From: an uncultured archaeon
Lineage (GTDB): Archaea > Asgardarchaeota > Lokiarchaeia > Sigyniarchaeales > SOKP01
Length of the DNA stretch: 23,470 bases
Direction of reading: 5' to 3'
NCBI GenBank assembly: GCA_964388035.1
Contig: CAYLZE010000079.1
Coordinates: 1 to 23,470, forward strand
The notes beneath the pieces were generated by a model, which was not told where the DNA came from, made no database searches, and saw nothing but the letters and a program-made list of their open reading frames with translations. Every line of letters begins with the position of its first letter. Position 1 is the first letter of the stretch. Made by a program: the position numbers and the translations under genes. Below, in pieces: positions 9,362-17,423 of the stretch.

Positions 9362-10780
9362 TTGAATAAAGAAGAAATAGCTTTCATGTCTGCCATCCAA
9401 TTAGCGAAAGAAATTGAATCACAATCTATAACCTCTGAAGAAGTTACAGAAATCATCATCGAAAGAATAGAGCAAATTAATCCAATAATTAATGCCTATT
9501 GTACTACAACCTTTAGTATAGCCAGAGAAATGGCCAAGAGTGCAGATAAGAGAGTAGAAAGAGGAGAGAAGCGTGGTCTCCTTAATGGAATTCCCATTTC
9601 AATTAAAGATTTAACATGGACAAAAGGAATTAGAACAACTTTTGGGTCTAAGCTTTACGAAAATTTTATGCCCGATATGGATGATATCGTAGTTAAACGA
9701 CTTAAGGATGCAGGATGTTGTATTCTTGGTAAGACTAATACCCCCGAACATGGATTTAAAGGAGTTACAGATAATCTAATTTTTGGGACGACGAAAAATC
9801 CGTGGAATTTAGAAAAGACGTCGGGAGGATCCAGCGGAGGGGCTGGTGCATCTATAGCAGCAGGATTAGGACATTTAGCTCAAGGGTCAGATGGAGGGGG
9901 ATCGATAAGGATTCCTAGTTCTTTTTGTGGAGTCTATGGCTTAAAGCCAACCTTTGGAAGAACTCCTCATTATCCAAGAGAATTAATTTTTGGTGAGACT
10001 CTTGGAGTAAACGGTCCTATTGTAAGATACGTGGCAGATGCAGCATTAATGTTTCAAGTGATGAAAGGTCCATTTTTAGGGGATCGTTATTCAATTCCCG
10101 ATGATAACCTGAATTATCTTGAATTAATCGATGCCCCTCCAAAACAATTAAGAATTGGTTATACGTTAGATTTGGGGTATGCGAAAGTTATTCATCCAGA
10201 AATAGAACAAGCTATTTTAGAATCCTTGAATGTGTTTAGAAATTTTGGATGGAGTGTAGACCAAATCAAGATGCAGCTAAAAAAGCCTGAGCTTTCCTTT
10301 TATACCTTATGGACTTCCAAACTTGCTTTTGAATTAAGTTCAAAACTAGCAGAGTGGGAGGACAAGATGGATCCCGATCTAGTGAAATTAGTGAAAGCGG
10401 GTCAAGGATACGATGGTTTCTCCTTGATAAGAGCCATGAAGGCACGAAATGAAATATATGCGACCTTTTATAAAAAATTTAAAGACATTGATATTTTGAT
10501 CACACCCACGACGGCAGTTCCCGCATTTGATCTGGGAATAATGTTTCCACCAATAATAAATCAAAAAAAGGTTTCCCCTACCGCTTGGCAAGCTTTTACG
10601 TTCCCTTTTAACCTAACTGAACAGCCAGCAGCCTCTATTCCGTGTGGCTTCACTAAGGATGGATTACCGATAGGAATGCAAATTGTTGGTCGCAAATTCG
10701 ATGAAATTACCATCTTGCAGGTTTCGAAAGTATTTGAAGATTCTAAACCATGGCAAAATGTCCGCCCCAAATTAATTTAA
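9362..10780 (+). CDS. Amidase signature family enzyme
   Basis: Catalytic Lys in ISIKD, GGSSGG and GSDGGGSIRIP (Ser-cisSer-Lys triad). TTG start preceded by GGTGAGG. Confidence 0.93.
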   Translation: MNKEEIAFMSAIQLAKEIESQSITSEEVTEIIIERIEQINPIINAYCTTTFSIAREMAKSADKRVERGEKRGLLNGIPISIKDLTWTKGIRTTFGSKLYENFMPDMDDIVVKRLKDAGCCILGKTNTPEHGFKGVTDNLIFGTTKNPWNLEKTSGGSSGGAGASIAAGLGHLAQGSDGGGSIRIPSSFCGVYGLKPTFGRTPHYPRELIFGETLGVNGPIVRYVADAALMFQVMKGPFLGDRYSIPDDNLNYLELIDAPPKQLRIGYTLDLGYAKVIHPEIEQAILESLNVFRNFGWSVDQIKMQLKKPELSFYTLWTSKLAFELSSKLAEWEDKMDPDLVKLVKAGQGYDGFSLIRAMKARNEIYATFYKKFKDIDILITPTTAVPAFDLGIMFPPIINQKKVSPTAWQAFTFPFNLTEQPAASIPCGFTKDGLPIGMQIVGRKFDEITILQVSKVFEDSKPWQNVRPKLI

Positions 10781-10946
10781 ACAAGTAATGGTTAAATTAA
10801 TCATTTTTAGAGAAGGTAAAACAATTTATAATCAAAATATTGGTCGGGAAGGTCTATAGAACAAAGAATGATACAGAGAAAATTAATAATACACTAAGTT
10901 TTTTTTTAATTATAGTATTTCATGTTTTATTTTAACTTTAAAACGG

Positions 10947-11050
10947 GTCAGGGAAAAAGTCTCGGTTTCTATAAGATTTTATTAAAAATCAATGAAATTA
11001 AAAAAACCTAGTCTCGGTCATTTTTTCTAAAAAAAGATGAAATTTATTAT
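10947..11050. repeat. Copy B of the ~100-bp degenerate intergenic repeat
   Basis: Direct-orientation homologue of 9146..9250, offset about 1800 bp. Contains AGTCTCGGT twice. Confidence 0.8.
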
Positions 11051-11184
11051 AATAGCTTTAAATAAGATTTTTGCTGCCTTTTTTTCTTTTTTTTGTTGGG
11101 TAAAGTAGCTAACTCTTTTATTCATTTCAATAACTTGTTCCTTTGTTATGGGAAAAAAATGAATGTAAATAGTAATGATAAGCA

Positions 11185-11391
11185 TTGAATTTCATTTTAA
11201 AGTTTATGATACTTGGAATTGGCTTAAGCTATCTATTAACAGGAATATTAGCTGATATACTAGGAAGAAAGAGAATGTTGATGATCACTTCAATTTTAAT
11301 CCCTATTACTCAAATCCTTCCTTTAATGTGGGCAATGCAGTTAATAGATCGAACTTCAATAGCTTATAACAAGAAAGTAAAAATAATTTAA
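11185..11391 (+). pseudogene. MFS transporter remnant
   Basis: 68 aa containing MFS motif A (GILADILGRKR) between two hydrophobic segments. Far too short for a 12-TM MFS protein. Confidence 0.65.
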
Positions 11392-11441
11392 CAACAGAAC
11401 AATTGCAATATTTATTGATTAAAAATGAGGAGTAAAGGTAA

Positions 11442-12728
11442 ATGAATTTAGAAGAAGTATACCAAGAAGTAGAACAGCTGGATTCGGAGAAATTCATGAG
11501 AATTTTGAAAAAGCTCATTAGCATCAAGACGGTGGTTCCTCCCGCTAACAATTATCGTGAATATGTTGATGCGATTTCTCCTTACTTCAAGGATTTAGGC
11601 TTTAGTTTAGAAGAAGTTGTCATGCCCGAAGAATTAGTTAAACAAATACCACTTTCTTTAGAAGGTCCCAGAATCAATCTTGTTGCGACAAAAGAATATG
11701 GACAGAAGGAATTCGTGAGTTTTTACGGTCACATGGATGTAGTCCCCGCTCCATTGGATGGAGAAGAAAAATGGCGTTTTCCACCATTTGAAGCAACCCT
11801 AATTAAAAGCGGCAAGATTTATGGGCGTGGTGTTGCGGACATGAAGGGTTCAATGGCTTGCTTGATTATAGCACTTCAAATCATGGAAAAGCTCAATCTC
11901 ACGCCCAAATACAATATCAGAGTGTTAAATGGAACGGATGAGGAAACGGGAATATATCCCGGTTCTCGCTATTTAGCTGAACAAGGCTACGTTAAGGGAG
12001 TTATCTTTTGCATGGATTTATCCATTGAGCCCATGATTCCGTTAGGAACTGCGGGGGATTTAGATGTTATCGTCGAAACAATCGGGAAAAGCTGTCATTC
12101 TGGCATGAACTTTTTAGGGGTTAATGCTTTAGAAGAGATGGTTCCCATCTTGGATGAGCTCATTGAGCTCAAGCGAGAGGTGGAAAAACGTGAAAGTAAA
12201 GATATTCCTGGATTTCGAGAATTAGGGACGGGGAAAGCGATGAACATGAAACCCATGTTTAATTTAGATATCATCAGGTCGGGGGAAAAATCAAATATAG
12301 TTCCCGATTCTTGTATCTTGACAATCAATAGACGTATTATTCCGGATGAGAGATATGAAGATGTCAAACAAGAAATAGCTGATGCAATTGAGAGAGGGAA
12401 AGCAAAAAGTAAAGCTTTAGATGCCAGAGTAAAGTATGATTATTCTTATCCTGCCTTAAAAATTGATCCAGATTCTCCTAATGTGAGTCGATTTCAAAAA
12501 ACCATTTCAATGATCCAGGAAGTTACTGAGGATAAAATCGTGAAAATGGGATTATCGGTTACCACAGATATGGGTTATGTATCCGAAGCTCTAAAAACTA
12601 ATGATATCATATTAACTGGTTTGGCAAATCTTAGATCGAGTGCTCACGGCGTTAATGAAACGATTAGGATGAAGGATGTAAAAACTTTCATTAAGGAACT
12701 ATTGGTCTTCTTGTGTGCAGATTTATAA
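11442..12728 (+). CDS. M20 family (ArgE/DapE-like) metallo-amidohydrolase
   Basis: GHMDVVP, GRGVADMKG, DEE, a dimerisation domain (GKSCHS...NIVPD) and C-terminal AHG. GAGGAG upstream. Confidence 0.92.
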   Translation: MNLEEVYQEVEQLDSEKFMRILKKLISIKTVVPPANNYREYVDAISPYFKDLGFSLEEVVMPEELVKQIPLSLEGPRINLVATKEYGQKEFVSFYGHMDVVPAPLDGEEKWRFPPFEATLIKSGKIYGRGVADMKGSMACLIIALQIMEKLNLTPKYNIRVLNGTDEETGIYPGSRYLAEQGYVKGVIFCMDLSIEPMIPLGTAGDLDVIVETIGKSCHSGMNFLGVNALEEMVPILDELIELKREVEKRESKDIPGFRELGTGKAMNMKPMFNLDIIRSGEKSNIVPDSCILTINRRIIPDERYEDVKQEIADAIERGKAKSKALDARVKYDYSYPALKIDPDSPNVSRFQKTISMIQEVTEDKIVKMGLSVTTDMGYVSEALKTNDIILTGLANLRSSAHGVNETIRMKDVKTFIKELLVFLCADL

Positions 12729-12766
12729 AACAACAAGATTATTCAAGATTGGCTTAATATCGATTA

Positions 12767-12794
12767 AAGGGGGTAAAAGATCCATTTCCCCCTT
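12767..12794 (+). terminator. Stem-loop downstream of the M20 gene; possible terminator
   Basis: AAGGGGG...CCCCCTT stem followed by a T-rich tract, about 40 bp after the stop codon. Confidence 0.4.
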
Positions 12795-12981
12795 ACTTTC
12801 TTATATTTTGAAAATCATTCAAGCTTTAAAATTAGATAAAAACCAAATATTTAAGTATAAAATTATACTTTTAATCATTTTATACGGGATTAGTAGGATT
12901 ATCAGAATACTTTTGGATATTAAAGCAAGCCTATTCAATTTAAGATCCTAATTTATCAATGCAAAAAATAAATTTGTAGGT

Positions 12982-12995
12982 TATCTATATAGATA
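12982..12995. promoter_or_regulatory. Palindrome just upstream of vapB copy 1; putative autoregulatory operator
   Basis: Perfect 14-bp palindrome TATCTATATAGATA ending 12 bp before the ATG at 13008. Confidence 0.45.
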
Positions 12996-13007
12996 TGTAG
13001 TAATTAT

Positions 13008-13274
13008 ATGGCATCACGCAATATTTCGATTAGGTTAGATCTTTATGAAAAATTGGAAAAAATCAAAGATAAGAATGAGCGTTTTTCAGATGTCATTGAA
13101 CGTTTAATAAATGAAGGATTAAAAGGAAGTCCATCTTGTTTAATGAAACATTTTGGAACTTGGTCAGATTTATCAAGAGATTTTGATCAGATTGCAGAAA
13201 AAATTCGTAAATCAATGAATGAGAGTATAGATGCAAGATTAAAGGAGAGATTCAATGATCTTTCTGGACAGTGA
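13008..13274 (+). CDS. vapB: Archaeal VapB-family antitoxin (DUF217-like)
   Basis: ISI..DLYEKL..IK..NERFSDVIERLI pattern; overlaps the start of a PIN-domain fragment. Confidence 0.85.
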   Translation: MASRNISIRLDLYEKLEKIKDKNERFSDVIERLINEGLKGSPSCLMKHFGTWSDLSRDFDQIAEKIRKSMNESIDARLKERFNDLSGQ

Positions 13275-13380
13275 TGCAGTGATTGCCATTTTACGTGAAA
13301 AAACAGAAATGGCTGCATTCATGATGGAAAATAAGGCCAGAATAATTTCCTCATGGAAGGGAAGAGTTTTTATAAGATAA
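13255..13380 (+). pseudogene. vapC: Truncated VapC/PIN toxin (41 aa: MIFLDSDAVIAILREKTEMAAFMMENKARIISSWKGRVFIR)
   Basis: Not in the ORF track; translated by hand. Begins with the PIN N-terminal motif MIFLDSD.VI..LR and overlaps the vapB end. Stops at 13378-13380, with only about 30 bp before the convergent dehalogenase gene. Confidence 0.75.
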
Positions 13381-13410
13381 GAGAAACATGTAATTTCCGT
13401 CATAAATAGT

Positions 13411-14310
13411 TTAGGTTAAACTGAATGCTTTTAGAGCTTCCTCAGCTACATTTTCACCCCATTCTTGAATAAAATGGCCCGCTTCTTTTACTTCGAGGGG
13501 CTTTAGGCAAAACCGAATAATTTTGCTCAAGGGATACATGAGATCTGGTCCAAGCACGGGATCTTGCATTCCTATAGCCATGAAAACCTCTCCCTCCCAT
13601 TTATTTGATAAAAATTCCCTGGCTTCTTGAGATATTTTTGCACCTTCCATGGTCGGGTTATCGGGCACTATATTGGGAAAACGACGTACTCCTGCTTTAT
13701 AATTTATATCGGGAAAGGGTGCATTGTATGCCGCAAGTTCTTGAGCAGTTAAATGAGGACAAGAGCGTCCCATCAAGCGCCCCACATCCATGTCGGGATG
13801 CGTGTTATTCCATGCCCGCCAATCCAGGAATCCTTGAGTGAGTTCTATATCCCCCGTCGCAAGCATCGTATTCATTACGATTAATCGGGAAAATCGTAAG
13901 GGCATTTCCATTGGTAAAGTAAGTCCAAGGATCCCGCCCCAGTCTTGACAAACTAAGGTTATATTGTGGAAATCGAGGCGTTTAATAAAAGCTAATAAGG
14001 TATTTCGATGGAAATTAAAAGTATATAGTTCCTCATTAACCGGTTTATCAGATCGCCCGAAACCAAAAAAGTCTGGAGCAATTACTCTACAACCTGCTTC
14101 AAGAAATACAGGAATCATCCTTCTATATAAAAAACTCCATGACGGAGAACCGTGCAGGCACAAAAATTGCTCTTGGGAATTCGGATTTCCCTCATCTAAA
14201 TAATGCAAGCGCAAATTTTCAAATCCCCTGAGATTATCGATATAATGCGGTTTAAAAGGGAAGTTAGGCAGATTCAAGAAATTTTCATCCTGAGTCCTAA
14301 GTGCTTTCAA
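13411..14310 (-). CDS. Haloalkane dehalogenase, alpha/beta hydrolase, DhlA-like (subfamily I)
   Basis: LRLHYLDEG, CLHGSPSWSFLYR, GFGRSDKP, nucleophile QDWGG, cap Trp in GFLDW, acid QDPVLG and base AGHFIQE. TTG start with GGGGG RBS. Confidence 0.88.
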   Translation of the reverse strand: MKALRTQDENFLNLPNFPFKPHYIDNLRGFENLRLHYLDEGNPNSQEQFLCLHGSPSWSFLYRRMIPVFLEAGCRVIAPDFFGFGRSDKPVNEELYTFNFHRNTLLAFIKRLDFHNITLVCQDWGGILGLTLPMEMPLRFSRLIVMNTMLATGDIELTQGFLDWRAWNNTHPDMDVGRLMGRSCPHLTAQELAAYNAPFPDINYKAGVRRFPNIVPDNPTMEGAKISQEAREFLSNKWEGEVFMAIGMQDPVLGPDLMYPLSKIIRFCLKPLEVKEAGHFIQEWGENVAEEALKAFSLT

Positions 14311-14656
14311 ATCAATTACCCCCCATCAATTACTTTATCATTTTTATTTTATTAGAATTTTATCATTTCACTGCTTTAAGAATTACATTAATCAAAAAAA
14401 AACATGTACATTAATATAATAGAATTAAAATATCCTTTTATAAAATTATAAAGATTCCAATTTTAAAGAACTAATGTTTGAATCCAACCTAAAAAAAATT
14501 GACATTTAAATGTAGGAATGGCGGAAAAAAAGTGTTAAATTGATAAACTATATACTATTAATAAATCTAATTTTTCAGTGAAGACTTTTTAAGCTATTAA
14601 ATAAAGTAGCATTCAAGCTATTTTAATCAATCTAATAAACATTCCATGAAACGACC

Positions 14657-16120
14657 ATGAGTGAGAATGACGTTTTTGAGCAGTTAAAAAGAATCTGTGG
14701 TTCAAAAAATGTAATTACTGATCCCTCGATATTAAATCAATATTCCACAGATGCAAGTTTTTATGAGGGGATTTCCCCAGATTATATTTTCTATCCTTCT
14801 TCTAGTAGCGAAATTGAGAACGTGATCAAATTAGCTAATCAAATAAGCTTTCATGTTATCCCTATAAGTTCGAGTTTGGAAACTAAAATTCACGGGGATA
14901 CTCTGCCAAGGAAACAAAAGACCATTATTCTGAATCTCGCTAAAATGAATGATATTCTTTCAATCGATAGGAAAAATCGGGTAGTAATGGTGGAGCCGGG
15001 GGTCACATTTGAACAAATCATCCCTATTTTAAAGAAAAAAGGCGTTCGGTTACTAATGCCACTACATCCTCGTGCTAAGAAGTCCGTACTAACAACCGCA
15101 TTAGAAAGGGTTCCCATCACCATCCCTCGCTATCATTGGGACTCTTCCGATCCGCTATTATGTACAGAAGTTGTTTTCGGGACGGGGGATCTATTTCGAA
15201 CGGGAACCGCAGCAGGACCGGGCACGATTAAAGAACAAAAAAAGGGAGGGCAAGCACAAGTTAATCCCATGGGTCCCACGCATTTTAGCCCTTTTAGAGT
15301 CCTTCAAGGCGCCGAGGGAAGTCTGGGCGTGGTGACATGGGCATCCTTGAAATTAGAATTAATCCCTTCCAATCAAAAAGTATTCCATTTCCAGTCAGAA
15401 AATCTGGATGAATTGATGAAACTCCAGAATGAATTATTGAAATATCGATTATGTGATGAACTTTTTATTTTAAATGATTTAAATTTAGCGTCTTTAGTAA
15501 AACCTAATTCGCAAGATATAAACACGTTAACAAGTATTTTATCTAAATGGAATTTACTTTTTATAATCAGCGGGAATGGGACGTTTGCACAAGATAAGAT
15601 CTCGTATTTAGAAGGAGATATTTTAGATATTATTAAGAATCTTGAACTAAAGAAAACCGAACGAGCTGAGATTATTGATAGTAATGATATAATTAAATGC
15701 GTAAGCGAGCCCGCCTCGCAAGATTGGAGAACAAGACTTAAGGGGGGATTCCAAGATATTTTCTTCTTGACAAATTATGAAAGAGTTCATGAATTCATTT
15801 CAATGGTCGAAAAAATGACATCAGTGCAGTTTGGAGCATATATACAACCAATTAATCAAGGAACCTCATATTATTGTGAATTTGACCTTTTTTATGACCC
15901 TAAAAATGGAGTAATGAGTTCAGATCTTAAGAAATCTTTTTTAGCCATTAGTCAACATTTGATTGAAAAAGGAGCCTTTTTTAATAGACCTTACGGCTTA
16001 TGGGCTAAACCCGTTTTTGAAAATCATGAAGCTGAAACCATCACCGCTTTAAAAAAGGTAAAAAATATCTTTGATCCAAATCATGTTTTAAATCCGGGGG
16101 TGTTATGTTTTGACGATTAG
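14657..16120 (+). CDS. FAD-binding oxidoreductase, VAO/PCMH/GlcD superfamily (subunit A)
   Basis: VEPGVTF, EVVFGTGDLFRTG, GAEGSLGVVT and C-terminal KNIFDPNHVLNPG. Confidence 0.88.
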   Translation: MSENDVFEQLKRICGSKNVITDPSILNQYSTDASFYEGISPDYIFYPSSSSEIENVIKLANQISFHVIPISSSLETKIHGDTLPRKQKTIILNLAKMNDILSIDRKNRVVMVEPGVTFEQIIPILKKKGVRLLMPLHPRAKKSVLTTALERVPITIPRYHWDSSDPLLCTEVVFGTGDLFRTGTAAGPGTIKEQKKGGQAQVNPMGPTHFSPFRVLQGAEGSLGVVTWASLKLELIPSNQKVFHFQSENLDELMKLQNELLKYRLCDELFILNDLNLASLVKPNSQDINTLTSILSKWNLLFIISGNGTFAQDKISYLEGDILDIIKNLELKKTERAEIIDSNDIIKCVSEPASQDWRTRLKGGFQDIFFLTNYERVHEFISMVEKMTSVQFGAYIQPINQGTSYYCEFDLFYDPKNGVMSSDLKKSFLAISQHLIEKGAFFNRPYGLWAKPVFENHEAETITALKKVKNIFDPNHVLNPGVLCFDD

Positions 16121-17420
16121 TGAAGAAGAATATCAGAATATGATTAAGCGGTGCTTACGGTGTTCGGTATGTAAATGGATACCCCAAGTCATGATTAAGT
16201 CCCAAAAGTATGCATCCGCATGTCCCGCAATCGATATCTATAATTATCATCCCTATAGTGGCGGGGGAAGAATAATTCTTGCCTTAGCCTATGAGATGGG
16301 ACGTATTAAAGCCACGGAAGAGCTCAGGGATATCGTGTATAAATGTACGGCGTGTGGAAATTGCGCGATATCGTGCAAATATCTCAATACCTTAGAGCCG
16401 TTGGAAATAATCATGAAGCTGAGAGAAAAATTAGTTGATGAGGGAATGGGACCAATGCTAAAACAAAAGTTATATACAGACTCTATCAAGCAGTTAAATA
16501 ATCCATACAACGAGCCTCACGAAAAACGCATGGACTGGTTACCTAACGATATAAAATTGGATCCGGATGCAAAATTATTATATTACGTGGGATGTACTTC
16601 TTCTTATAGGAGAAAAGAAATGGCAATTGCAACTGCCAGAATTTTAAATGCAGCGGGAATTCCTTTTAATATCCTCCAAGAGGAGGAATTTTGTTGCGGG
16701 AGCCCCGTATTACGGGTTGGGGATGTCAAGACCTTCCAAGAGTATTTAAATAAAAATCTGGATATCATTGAAGCAAAAAATATCGAAACAATTGTATTTA
16801 GCTGTGCGGGATGCTATGATACCTTTAAAGTAGACTATCCTTTATACCGCGAGTACAATTTTAAAGTAATTCATGCGGTGGAATTATTTGATGAATTAAT
16901 AAGGAAAAGCCAACTGAAATTAACTCATCAAGTTCCTCTGACAGTAACGTATCATGATCCGTGCCATTTGGGAAGAAATGCCGAACGTCATCAGGAGTGG
17001 CAAGGGGACGTGGTACCTTTAATGTCTTTAGTAACTATTAATGTCCCGCCAAAACCCAAAAATACCGGCTCAAAAGGAATATACGATGCTCCCCGGAACA
17101 TTCTTAAGAAGATCCCGGGACTGGAGTTCGTAGAGATGGAGAGAATTAAAGAATATTCTTATTGTTGTGGAGCAGGAGCCGGAGTCAAGTCCGCATTTCC
17201 CGAAATGGCCATTAAAATCGCAGAAATAAGGATTGATGAAGCGGAAGCTTCGGGAGCAGATACTCTTGTATCAGCATGTCCTTTTTGCTCCACTAACCTG
17301 CAAGATGGTATCATGGAAGCAGGATCAAATTTAAAATATCATGATATTAGTGAACTAATATTAATGGCATTAGGTTTAAAGCCTATAGAATTGCAGCAAG
17401 ATAAGTCCAAGGAGGAGTGA
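16110..17420 (+). CDS. Fe-S oxidoreductase, GlcF/HdrD-like (two ferredoxin-type Cys clusters and two CCG domains)
   Basis: CLRCSVC...CP and CTACGNCAISC; CCG...SCAGC; YHDPC...CCGAG...SACPFC. The TTG start overlaps the previous gene by 11 nt. Confidence 0.9.
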   Translation: MTISEEEYQNMIKRCLRCSVCKWIPQVMIKSQKYASACPAIDIYNYHPYSGGGRIILALAYEMGRIKATEELRDIVYKCTACGNCAISCKYLNTLEPLEIIMKLREKLVDEGMGPMLKQKLYTDSIKQLNNPYNEPHEKRMDWLPNDIKLDPDAKLLYYVGCTSSYRRKEMAIATARILNAAGIPFNILQEEEFCCGSPVLRVGDVKTFQEYLNKNLDIIEAKNIETIVFSCAGCYDTFKVDYPLYREYNFKVIHAVELFDELIRKSQLKLTHQVPLTVTYHDPCHLGRNAERHQEWQGDVVPLMSLVTINVPPKPKNTGSKGIYDAPRNILKKIPGLEFVEMERIKEYSYCCGAGAGVKSAFPEMAIKIAEIRIDEAEASGADTLVSACPFCSTNLQDGIMEAGSNLKYHDISELILMALGLKPIELQQDKSKEE

Positions 17421-17423
17421 TAC

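Noticed and set aside
9362-10780. Calling the amidase gatA
   Set aside because: No gatB or gatC nearby, and the motifs seen are general amidase-signature motifs; substrate cannot be assigned.
12715-12951. 78-aa ORF after the M20 gene
   Set aside because: No motif, overlaps a terminator-like hairpin, and the Ile/Lys/Leu-rich composition is what AT-rich non-coding DNA yields.
16110-17420. Methanogen-type heterodisulfide reductase, or selenocysteine read-through at the terminal TGA
   Set aside because: The context is GlcF-like with no hdrABC or hdrE. All Cys motifs are complete, and the TGA sits in the next gene's RBS region as an ordinary stop.
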